A DNA stretch of 64,000 nt from Chiloscyllium plagiosum (Eukaryota), in contig NC_057750.1 of the NCBI RefSeq assembly GCF_004010195.1, positions 18,304,362-18,368,361 on the forward strand. Direction: 5' to 3'. The notes below the pieces were generated by a model. That model was not told the origin of the DNA and searched no databases. It saw only the letters and a list, made by a program, of their open reading frames with translations. Positions 52,443 to 64,000 of the stretch are shown piece after piece. The translations under genes and the position numbers were made by a program. How positions within the stretch are numbered: the stretch's first letter is position 1; each line of letters opens with the position of its first letter.

Positions 52443-52976
52443 TATTTTGAAGTAAACATTCTGCTGAATTTTATCCTTGGTAGAATACTTTCCCCTTCAC
52501 AAGTACAAATTCTTTTAGGTTTGTCTTTTCTAGAAGAATAATCCTTTAATCTCAATCGTTAATCTAAATCCCCCTTCCACAGGGCCTAATCTGTGGTGAT
52601 TTTGTTTGAGTGTAGTGAAGAAAGTCAACACCTCACTTGCATGATTAATAGCAGTGATTCATGTGGATCTCGTCTACTGTTTGAGTTTTCCCCCTCCCCT
52701 TATTCCATACCCATCACAGCGATTTATAAAATCATACAATGACACAGAAAAGAAGAAGGCCTTTCAGTCTATTCGGTCAATACCATTTCTTAGAAAGAGC
52801 CATCCATATAGACCTACTCTCCTCTGAAAACACACAACAGTTTATAAAGGAGATATTGACCATATCATGAATTTGCTGTAGCATCTTGTGGAAATCCATG
52901 TGACATACCAAGATGGTGGCCAGCAGATAACATTGAGGAGAACCCAAACGTTTGTTCAAAACACAAACATCTGTGA

Positions 52977-52982
52977 AATAAA
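52977..52982 (+). terminator. Candidate polyadenylation signal of the galectin gene
   Basis: First AATAAA noticed after the stop codon (~535 nt downstream), followed by CA and a T-rich tract. Confidence 0.4.
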
Positions 52983-54197
52983 ATGCTCCATAGTCTTTTC
53001 ACGTGGAGCACAGGTGTAGGAGAAGGCCATTCCACCTCCTGTTAGATCATGCCTGACCTGTAGCTTAACTTTATTTACAGACTTGTTTCTAGTTCCAGGT
53101 TTCCACAACCCTTTGTTCTTCTTAACATTTAACCTCCCCCACCCTACCTCCATTTAAACAACATGGCTTGAATTTTAAGCTTTTGCCCTTTTGTTCTGGA
53201 CTCCCGTTTAACCTTCTCACCAGCGACTACAGTTTCTCTCCATCTCAGACGGCAATCGTGTTTAAATGTTGTTGTAAACTCTATAAAGACTGAATTATAT
53301 CTTTTGACAGAACGTCTGTCTGTATAATACTCTAATGATGGAAGTCTTTAAAAATGTATACTGATGAAAACAACTTTTGCATGTTATTTGCTTGCTCCCA
53401 TGTCAATGTTGTTGTCAATGTAACGGGTACGGAACTTGGCTATTGGTTTTTGCTCAGCAATTCTACTTTGTTGTGTACCTCGAAGACCACATCAGAGGAC
53501 GCTTACCCAAAGATCAGAGGCTAAATGTGCTTGACTGCTGAACCGTTCCCCGACTGGGAGGGAACATTCCTGTCTGGCGATGGTTGTCGGTGTCTGTTTG
53601 TTCGTTATCATCGCATCTGCATGTTCTCGCCATTATATCATACCATAGACAACATTGGCCGAGTCACAAGTATATGCCGTGAAGACTTATGAAGACGGCC
53701 TCAACAGTGATCAAGCGTTCATGTCGCGTTATACCTAACCCCACCTATATCTGCAAAATCTTCCTTACTGTCCTGTTTTGACACCATCACCATGACGAAT
53801 TGTTATGATCTCTCGACCTTAATTAGTTTATACAGTTTGGATTACTTACTACTTTGGTTAGTCCCTCAACTCTTATATCTATCATATTATTCCAGGCATT
53901 TGGTTTGCCTCCAGCACCACTTTATTTTTAATTCTTTGTAATTATCTCTCTCTGCCTCATTTAATCAGTTTATAGGCCGTCCTTTTGCTTGTTATTCAGC
54001 TAGGTCTGTGTGCTTCTCTCTCACTTCACTTGACAAAGGAGCTATGTTCTGAAAGCTTGTGATTTCAAATAAATCTGTTGGACTATAACCTGGTGTCATG
54101 TGAGTTCTGACTTTGTCCACCCAAATCCAACACATCGTAAGCCAAGAAACTCATTCCCCAGCTGGTCCACGGCTTTCCTCCAGTGCCTCTCTCCTGC

Positions 54198-54910
54198 TTT
54201 GATTTGATTTGATTTATTACTGTCATGCGTACCCAAGAACAGTGATAGGTGTTGGCCTTATGTGTTTTACTGGCAGATTGCACTAAACAAGTGCACCTGG
54301 GTAACAGAACAGAGTACAGGCTACAATGTTACAGCTACCAAGAAGGTGCAGAGAGAGATCAATATGAACATTGAACAGGTCCATTTAAAATTCTGGTAAC
54401 AATGGGGAAGAAGCTATTTGTGTGTAGACAGAAGAGGGTATAAATTGGGGTGGGAGGTGTTTTTGATTATGTTGGTTAGTTTCCTAATGCAGCTGGTAGT
54501 ACAGATGGAGTCAATGGATGGGAGGCTGGTTTGCATGATGGACTGGTCTGTGCTCTCAACTCTCTGTGGGTTCTTTGGAGCTTGGGAAGAGCAGTCATCA
54601 TACCATGTCGTGATGCATCCAGATAGGATACGTTCGATAGTGCACCTATAAGTATTTGTAAGAATCTTGATGAACTTGCTGAATTTCTTTAGCCTCTTGA
54701 GGAACTAGAGACGTTGCTGCACCTTCTTGACAGTAGTATCAATGTGGGTGGACCAGGTGGGATTGTTAGGAACTTGACATTCTCGACCTCGGCATTACTG
54801 ATACAGACAGACGCGTGCCCTCCACCTCACTCCCTGAGGTCAATAACCAGCTCCTTCGTTTTGCTGACATTGATGAAGAGATTGTTGTCCTTACATCATG
54901 CCATTATGCA
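54198..54910 (-). mobile_element. Rex1/Babar-like LINE 3' fragment (second copy)
   Basis: Colinear with 49778-50520. Confidence 0.65.
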
Positions 54911-55875
54911 CTCCTCCTGGACTTGTTGTTGGTGCAGAGATACAAACAATGGTTAAATCTAATGGCATCAGATCAAATATAGGCTCTGAAACCTTCTGCT
55001 GATTACCCCCAATGATCTCCGTCAGCCAATGGATCAGAAGCCCTGCATGTTGAACACTATTTGAGAAAAATAGCACAGACAAAAGAGAAAAATAGCATAC
55101 TGAGTGGCAAGAGAACAGAATATACACTGAGTGGGGGATCTCAAGATCCATCACTAAGGAATCACAACTTAGTAGCACTGTGGAATCAAAGAATTGTTAT
55201 AACACCAAAGAAAGCCTTTATATACCAACAGATAAATTAGGAGCAGGAGTAATTATTCAGCCCCTTGAATCTGTTTCACCATTCAATAAGGTCATGGCTG
55301 ATTTGTTTGTGTTTTGAATTCTACATTCCCATCTACCCTGATAACCCTTGATTCTCCTGCCTAACAAGGATCCATCAACAAATGCAAATATTCAATAATT
55401 TTTTTTCAGCCAGACAGTGTTGAGAATCCACAACTCACTGCCTGGATGAGTATGTGGCTGGACAGGCCGGCCAAAATAATTGATTTATGATGACCTTCAA
55501 TAAAGTGGCCAGATATTACAGCATGCTGGGAAATGTGATGTGACTAAAGTGACAATGTCAATCCCCATGCTGCAGAATGCAGACAGGCTGCAGCTACCCA
55601 CATCGGTTTGCAAACAGACAGCTGCAAAGCCTGCAATACACACCTGAAGTTGGACTTGCATGGGACAATGGAACATCACCTTTGGGACAATTGGGAGCAT
55701 TGATTCATTTCCCAGACATGGAGGTGCCTAGCACCCTCGTTTGGAGAAGGCTATATGCTCCCAGCACCTAACATTATGGACGCCTAAGGGCCACCTTGCC
55801 ATCAACGTGCCAACCCCTATCAGTATAATCGAACCTGATCAATCCATTGGCAGATTCTCAAGAGCCCCCTGAAAG

Positions 55876-56480
55876 GGTGTGTGATGATGCTGCTCTTTTA
55901 ACAAAGTTCTGGTGTCCTTGGTTTCTTTTTTCAAAGTGGTCATAAGGACACAGACTCGGGGAGGTCTAGGTTTGAAGGGTTTTAGGGCCAATTTGATTAT
56001 AGCTAATAGATACTGCCTCAGGCAAAAGGCTTTCAGAAAACACTTGTACAATGAAAGGGGAGTTGCCAGTTCTTCCAGCTCAGCTTCTCTCTGGTTTGGC
56101 TTGGCTTTAGTAAGCAGTCAGTTGTGAAGCTGCTGAACCGAAAGAAGCAGGTCCATCCTGATCCTCCCTCTCTCTGATATCTCTCCTGTAAGACACTGTG
56201 TTTGATTTGACCTTTTTTGGCAAGGAGCATTTTATGGGGATTGTTGCAAGTGTTTGGATTAGCATAATTAAGTTGGGACAATCTGCTGGGTTTTCAAATA
56301 GGTTAAATTTTTCTGCACTCTCTTCTCTTTTGTTTGTGCTTCATTCGGTAATCCTGCAAATACATTGTTTTGTTTACAACTAAATGGTTGGGCCAGCTGT
56401 ATCACTTCTGGAATATCCACCTTAAAGCAACCAGCAAATTTAGGGTCCGGACTAATTCCATGAAATGTTTTGAAGGATAA
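55876..56480 (+). mobile_element. Solo-LTR-like element
   Basis: TGTG start; organisation similar to 14146-14783; a related fragment may lie at ~19270-19610 (minus strand). Confidence 0.45.
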
Positions 56481-58714
56481 GAATCGCTGCAAAATCCCTT
56501 TCAGGGGGGTCACTCAAGAATAACCACTGAAAGACACTCCTGAGACTCTCAGGGCCACCCTGCTATCAAGCTGCCAAACTCTATCAGGATAATTGAACCT
56601 GATCAATCCATTGGCAGATTCTCAAGACCCTTCTGAGGGTCTTATGGAGCCCAGCCAAGTTCTAGTGTGGTGTATATGATTATGCAAAATTAAGTTAAAG
56701 CATAAGTTTGTAGTGTTTATTGTTAGCTTATAGCATACTTTATTGTTCTAATATTAATTGTGTCAAGTAAATGAGTATTATTGAGCATCGTTACTAAGAG
56801 TTGCCTCACAGTTCTTTTGTTGAATATAAGAATTTAAACAGAGTGTGGCAAGCGCAATAGGTGGGAGGGGTAGAAACCCTCATAACATTTAAGAAGCATT
56901 CAGATGTACACTTGTGATGCTAAGGCATGTAAGACTTTGGACCTAGTGAGATTAGAATTGTTTGGTGATTTTTTTTTGATGTACAAAGGGCCTATTTCTG
57001 TGCTGTAGATTTCAAGACTCTCGTTTCACTGCCTTCTGAGGACAAGGGGTCCAAAACTGTACATGCCTTTGAAAGAAGCTGTTTCTCCTTATCTCTGTCC
57101 TTGTAGAGTGACTGCTAAGTTGTAAATGGTGTGCCCAATGAAAGAAACTTTGTTTTTGCATTCAGCTTGTCAAGACATTTCAGGATCTTATACAATTCAA
57201 GAAATTCATATGATTTTTTTATTCATCCTACCAAAATGTCCAACATTTTCCTCTGTCTGAGAGATTTTTGTCTACTCACTCAAGCTAACAATGCCCACTC
57301 ACCCCCTATCAATGGGTGGCATGGTGACTCAGTGGTTAGCACAGCTGTCTCACAGGTCAAGGGATTCCAGTTTGATTCAGAACAATGAACCTGCATTCTT
57401 GTTCAGCAACATTCCCCAGGACCTTACCATTAAGTATATAAACCTGTCCCGATTTCCCTTACCAAAATACAGCACCTCACATTTATCTAGATTAAACTTC
57501 ATCTGCCACTGTCGGTGAGTTCTATCGAATTTCTGGACAATGGCAACCCCCAAGATGTTGATAGCAGGGGTTCAATGATGGTAACATCATTGAATGCTGT
57601 TTGTAATAAGATCATTCCAATACTTTGTATTTTCTTTGTATAAGAAACTTTCATGTTATTTTGCTAAAACTACATTGGCAGCCTCTTGTGAATATATAAC
57701 AAAAACAGGAAGTGCTAGAGGAATGCATCAGGTCTGCTAGCATCTGTAGAGAGAAAAACAAAGTTATCACTTAAAATCCAGTGACCTTTCATCATTACAC
57801 TGAACTATGCTTGACCATTGTGTTAAATAAAAGGGAAAGTTGAATTTATGGTTTGTCAAGCTGGGTTTCATTCTGGGAACTGACGTGTCCATTATTATGA
57901 TCAATGCTGGGGTCATAACAATATGAACTGCAAGGAGAAAATACAGGAAGGATCGGAAATAATTCAACTAGAGACTAAGTAAATCTCTGTCATATACAAT
58001 ACAGCTCAACAGTCACTCCCCCAGAGTAAAGTTGTTAATGCGCCACCAAATCATGTTTACATTTGAATTTTTCCTACGTATGAAAGTGTACAAGCTGGTG
58101 TGCCAGAAGGCTGATAGCAGAGAGAACCTGTTCCCACAACAGAACAGTCTGTTTCTGGTGTGACTACATCAATTAACTTCTAGTTTTTAAAGGGAACTGT
58201 ATCCTTTCCCATAGTTTCCAAATTTTTATGGATTCTCAGTTATGAAGGTGCCCTTTTGTCTCTTCAGGGTAGATGATCAATTGAGGCCTCATTTCCATAC
58301 ATGCAGACTGTTATAATCATCTTGGCCATGGTTCTGAAGAGGGGAGATTCACCAGAGTTCATACATCCTCCGATTTTCTTACAGATCACTTGAGACTCTG
58401 TTTTTAGTTTTCCCCTTTTTTATTTGAGCATTTGCAGGGGAGAATGCACAACTAGTCAGGCTGAGATACAATCTTCCAGATTCAAATACAATAAGTGCTT
58501 TGTACTTTATTCTTATTATAACTGATAACTTTGATCTCTAGTCTGCTCTGGTAGAATCCAACTGACATCCTTCAGACAGTAACTTGTTATACTACCTTAT
58601 CACAATTCATTTTACCTGCATCTTTCCATATAAGATACTAGCTACATTCTTGCAGTGTCACTTAACCACTTTATACCAGCTAGGCAGTGATAATGTATTG
58701 GGTCTAACCCAGTT

Positions 58715-59420
58715 TGAGAGTCATACAGCATGGAAACACCCCATGCCAACCAAGCTGCCCAAACTAAACTAGGCCCACTTGCCTGCATTTAGTCCCAATC
58801 CCTGTAAACCTTTCCTATTCATGTACCTATCCAAATGTCTTTTAAATGTTCTAACTGTACCTACATCTACCATTTTCATTCCACTTTACAACCACCCTCT
58901 GTGTGAAAAGGTTCTTTTAAATCTTTCTCCTCTCACCTTAAATATATGACCCCTATTTTGAACTCCCTCACCCTAGGGGAAAACTAACTTTGCTCTTCAC
59001 TTTATCTATGTCCCTCATGGTTTTATAAACTTCTATAAGGTCACCCCTCAACCTCCTATGCTCCAGTCAAAAGAAATTCCCAGCCAATCCAACCTCTCCT
59101 TATAAATCAAATCCTCCAGTCCTGGCAACATCCTGGTAAATATTTCGTGAAGCTTCTCAAATTTAATAATATTCTAGCAATTTTGATTTTTCCTATAGCA
59201 GGGCAACCAAAACTGTACACAGTACTCCAGAAGTGGCCTCACCAATGCTCTGTACAATCTCAACATGACATCCCAACTCTTATACTCAATGCTCTGAACA
59301 ATGAAGGCAAGCACCTTATAATGCCTTATAAAATCTGTCTACCTGTGACACAACTTTCAAAGAACTATGTACCCCTAGGTCTCTGTTTAACATCACTACC
59401 CAGGACCCTACCATTAACTG
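58715..59420 (-). mobile_element. CR1-type LINE 3' fragment
   Basis: Colinear with 42779-43500. Confidence 0.8.
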
Positions 59421-59433
59421 AAAGGTCACACTA

Positions 59434-59755
59434 GGCGAAAGTAAGTACTGCAGATGCTGGACATTAGAGTCAAGAGAGTGGTGCTGGAAAAGCACAGCGG
59501 GTCAGGCAGCATCCGAGGAGCAGGAAAATCAACGTTTTGGGCAAAAGCCCTTCATCAGGAATGAGGCTCGGAGCCTTGCTGGTGGAGAGATAAATGGGAG
59601 GGGGCTGGGGCTGGGGCTGGGGGGGAGGTATTTGAGAATGCAACAGGTGGATGGAGGTGGGGGCAAAGGTGATAGGTCAGAGGGGAGGGTGCAGCGGATA
59701 GGTGAGAAGGAAGATGAACAAATGGGACAGATCATGAGGGCGGTGCTGAATTAGA
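59434..59755 (-). mobile_element. Penelope-like terminal fragment with degenerate hammerhead motif
   Basis: Minus strand ATTC-CTGATGA-A-GGGC TTTT GCCC-AAAAC-GTT. Confidence 0.75.
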
Positions 59756-60227
59756 AGGGCTTTCTGCTGCTATACTTGTAACTATTACATTCATATTTGT
59801 ACGTGAATTCATCATTAACAAAACTCCCTCCCCATTATCAGTGAGAATTGTGCCTGTGTTCCAAGTCCGGTTTCTATTATCTTATCTACAATTATTTTCT
59901 TATCTTTACTACGTATTATTGTTATCAGACAAAATCTGGTTGTTAAATATACAAGGTATAAAAGGAAATTATTTATTTGTTCCACATATTCAAGTCCATA
60001 GCCACTACCTCATTATAATCTCATACTAAGGTTGGACTTACTATAGACTGCTGTCAAAGAATCATGTATGTCTTCTGTTATTAATATAGGCATGTTGTGT
60101 GCCAACTTAAACATTTTTCAGTTTTTCTGTAAAACTTGCAAATGATAATAAGTGACTATTCTATCCCATCTTTGCCAGAACAGAAGTCTGCACTGACAAA
60201 AAAAAACCCCATCAACCATCCACACAG

Positions 60228-60548
60228 TGGGCGGCACGGTGGCATAGTGGTTAGCACTGCTGCCTCACAGCGCCAGAGACCTGGGTTCAATTCCCGCCTC
60301 AGATGACTGACTGTGTGGAGTTTGCACATTCACCCCGTGTCGGCGTGGGTTTCCTCCGGGTGCTCCGGTTTCCTCCCACAGTCCAAAGATGTGCAGGTTA
60401 GGTGAATTGGCCATGCTAAATTGCCCGTAGTGTTAGGTAAGGGGTAAATGCAGGGGTATGGGTGGGTTGCGCTTGGGCGGGGCGGTGTGGACTTGTTGGG
60501 CCGAAGGGCCTGTTTCCACACTGTAAGTAATGTAATCTAATCTAATCT
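60228..60548 (+). mobile_element. HE1-like V-SINE, young full-length copy
   Basis: A/B-box tRNA head, V-domain, (TAATC)n tail. Confidence 0.88.
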
Positions 60549-61199
60549 CACTTTCCAGCACTAGGCCCATAGCCTTGAATATCATGACATTTCAAGTGCT
60601 CCTGTAAGTACTTTTTGAACGTTGTAAGGTTTCCTACCTGGCAGTGAATTCCAGATTCTCACTATCCTCTGGCTGAAACAACTCTATTTAAATTCCCCCA
60701 GAATGAGATCTGGAGGACAGCAGCGAGGCAGCTGATGAGTCCAGAGTGGGACTCTGGAATCTGGTATCGGCTGCCACATCGACAGAGGCCTGTGGTAGCT
60801 CAACATTGAGGTGATTTCCTAGTATCCAGAAGCCCTGGAATCCTTTGGGCAGCTTTTGTGATGTCTTCCCATGATCAGCAATGAGATAGGTCCTTGGAGC
60901 AGTTTTTGTGGAGTCTTGTGGCGTGGACGACCTGCTTCAGTGGCGGCTCCTGACCCAGTATTCCAGCAGCCCTACGTGATGGTCTTGCAGCAGTACTGGC
61001 TTTTTCTTTACCCAAGAGCTGGGCATTGAACTAAGGTAGATTTTATCTTAAGAAAACAAGTTTTTAAAAAATTATATATGTCTTCTGTTACTAATGTAGG
61101 CATCATGGTGTTGCAACTTAAACACTTTTCACTATTATTTTTGTAAAACATGCAAATGATAATAAGTGGTTATTCTATCCAATTTTTGTCAAGATTGTG

Positions 61200-62365
61200 T
61201 ACCAAGAATCAAACCATTCCTGTATTAAATAAACGTTCAATGTCTCTGCTTCAACTACTTTTTCTGGAACTAGAAGAGATCCTTTCCACATCTACCATAT
61301 CAACTCCTCCGGAGCTTATATATTTGAATCAAGTATTCTCTTACTCTTCTAAAATCCAGCCTGCCTAGGTTTTTCTACTAAGACAACCCCCTAATTCCAG
61401 CCATTAGTCTGGTAAGCCTTCTTTGAAATGCCACCAATGCACTTATATCCTTCCTTGAATAAATTGACTATGCAGACTTACAAATGTGGTCTCACCAGTA
61501 CTCTATATAAATTAAGCATAATGTCCCTAATTTTGTGTTCAACTCTCCTTGCAATTAACAATAGCATTCCATTAGCTATCCGAATTACTTGCTGTACCAG
61601 CACATCAACCTTTTGTGATTCATGTATGAGGACACATAAAATTCTTTTCCATCTCAGAACGTTCAATCTTTCACCATTTTCTTTCATTTATCCTGCAAAA
61701 TGGTAAATTTCCACATATTTCATATTTGCCAGATCTTTGGCCACTCACGAAACCAAACTCTATCTTTTGATAGCCTTCTTCTGTCCTCTTTACAACTTAC
61801 TTTCCTATCTATCACTATGTCATGAACAATCTTACGTTGTGTCCTTTCATCTAAGTCACTGAGAATAAGTTGTAGCCAGTTGAGGTCACACTGCTGATCC
61901 CCGTGGCACACCACCAGTCACACCTTGCCAAGCTGAAAAAGACCCATTCATACCCACCATCTGCTTCCGGTTATCCAGCCAATCTTCCAACCATGTCAAT
62001 ATGTTACCTCTTACACCATGGAAGTTTATTTTCCACAATAATCTTTGATGTTAAACATTATCAAATGTCTTCTGGAAATTTAAGTACAGTACATTTACTA
62101 ATTCATCTTTACAACATGGTGAGTTCCACGTGAGTTTCCTTTCGGTAAATCATACTAACTCTGCCAAATTACCTTGAATTTAAGTGCCCTGTGATAATTT
62201 TCAGAACAGATTATTACATTTTCCTTATGCCAGATGTTAAGCTGGCTTGTTGTTTCCCGTTTTCTGTCTCCATCGCTTTATAAAGAGAAGGGATTTATTT
62301 GCTATTTTCTAATCAAATGGAACCTTGCCCGAATCTATAGCTGTGGAAAATTAAAAACAATGTTA
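61200..62365 (-). mobile_element. Decayed CR1-type LINE
   Basis: Minus frame VQQVIRIANGML...IMLNLYRVLVRPHL. Confidence 0.75.
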
Positions 62366-62384
62366 AGAGATTAAATGGGAAGAC

Positions 62385-63800
62385 TATATCCTGGCCACAG
62401 AGAAAAAGGTCAATCTCTGCACAGATACATGGTACACCTTTGGCGTGGCCCATAACTTTGGCCATTTTGGTCCCAGCGAGGATTCCTGACCTCTTCAGGC
62501 ACCCGTATTCACAACACACTTTATGTCCAAAATCTCCTTAAGGCCATCCTCCTCCCGAAGCAATTGGCCATAATCAAACATGCTGCCCACGTCACAGACA
62601 CTACAGATGTCAGCCATAGCAATGACAGAGCTGACCAAGCCGCCAAGGATGTGGCAAGGGCTTGCAATTCAATTGTCTCCGCTATTAACCAGCAGGCACC
62701 CAACCGAAAACCTGCCTCAAAAACAAAAGATATTTCAGACATTGTCACGGTGTGGTGTTTACAGGGAGACACCCCGATTCAGAAAAGCAGATATGGAAGA
62801 CGCATGGGATCACTCCAGCCGGTCAAGCACGTATACCTGATGCCTTATTAACAATGCTCGTTGATTGCCTCCATACTGATACACACTTTGACAAGGGGGG
62901 AGTTGAGTAGAATCATGTTGCGGACCTGGTGGCACCCCTGACTAGCCAAGGCAGTTCAAAAGTATGTCAGATTATGTTTGATATGTCAGCAAAATAATGC
63001 AGTCTAGGGTGCAGTATGTAACAGGAAAAACTGACTTGCTAGTGGGTCCATTTGCATGTATTCAGTTTGATTTTATTGAACTTCCATGTGTACATTATAA
63101 TAAGTATTGCCTTGTTGTTATTGATGTCTTCAGTAGACGGATTGAGGCTTCTCCCACTACCTCAATGGTGGTATGATTACTCCTAACAGAGATCATACTG
63201 AGGGTTTGGGGTGCTCCGACAGGTTAGTTCAGACAATGGCGCCCACTTGGTAGGGAAAGTTAACACAGAGCTGTGTGAAGTGTTACATATCCAGCAGCAC
63301 CTCCATTGTGTCTACTACCCCCAGGTGTCAGGCATAGTGGAAAGGGCAAACGGGACCCTTAAAACCAAACTGACTAAGCTCACATGTGAAATGGGCCTGA
63401 ACTGGTTGAAGGTCTTGCGCCTTTGGCCCTGTATCATGAGGATTACCCCACACTCGACCACTGGGCTGTCGGCAGCCGAGATAATCTACGGCAGACCCAA
63501 TAGGACGCCTTGGGATGCAGATACAAACCCAACCACCTGCGTAGACCTAAATATTATGGGAGAGGAAATGCAGGCATGCTTTTGGCAGCTAATCTCGTCT
63601 CTAAAGTTCCTTCACTCACAGGTCAGGAACGCCTTTTGATCACCGCCTCAAGCAGTCAACCGGGATTCGAACGACCCAAATAAACTTCCCAACCTGCAGA
63701 CAGGAGAGCACGTGCTGATCAAAAACTTGGACCGCCCCTAGCTCGTTCCTCGGAAAGGATCGTACCAGGTGCTCCTACAAACACCGACTGCAGTTTGGTG
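62385..63800 (+). mobile_element. Decayed endogenous retrovirus pol (RNase H, zinc-finger and integrase), class I (gamma/epsilon)-like
   Basis: VNLCTDTWYTFGVAH, RGFLTSSG, LLKAILLPKQLAIIKHAAH, NDRADQAAK, CLICQQNN, GPFACIQFDFIELP, SDNGAHL, YYPQVSGIVERANGTLK, GSYQVLLQTPTA; multiple stops and frameshifts. Confidence 0.88.
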
Positions 63801-64000
63801 TTTAGTCCTCACAAATGCCTTATGCGCCCAGAAACAATTTACCTGCAGGCATTGCCAGGTCAACCATGGAATGCTCACCTGCACCCGTGATGAGCAAAGG
63901 TGCTTACATGTTACTGCAAGACGGCCGTTCATTTGCGGGCACTGCAACGGTACCCACGTCAGCTCGGCGTTTTGGTCATGCCCTTTTTCTGATTACCAGC

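Noticed and set aside
60228..60300. tRNA-like sequence
   Set aside because: It is the SINE head, continuous with the V-domain and tail; not a tRNA gene.

Overview
Repeat-dense vertebrate genomic DNA, most likely from an elasmobranch (shark), inferred from HE1/V-SINE-like and CR1-like repeats. The ORF track is mostly repeat-derived noise. One host gene can be assembled by hand on the + strand: a tandem-repeat (two-CRD) galectin, best matching galectin-9. It has 10 phase-compatible GT-AG coding exons from ATG 21988 to TAA 52442 (987 nt, 328 aa) and ISRE-like motifs about 110-135 bp upstream of the ATG. The rest is retroelement debris: CR1-type and other LINEs, V-SINEs, Deu-type SINEs, an L1 remnant, Rex/Babar-like fragments, solo-LTR-like pieces, a decayed ERV pol (RNase H-integrase) at the right end, and many Penelope-like element (PLE) fragments. 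The most striking non-genic signal is that at least three PLE-derived families carry minimal type I hammerhead-ribozyme motifs with covarying helix II. Many of these occur as short (~100-240 bp) self-complementary fold-back insertions with 11-15 bp target-site duplications, and one duplicated a galectin splice donor. All calls were made by eye without database searches; repeat boundaries are approximate.
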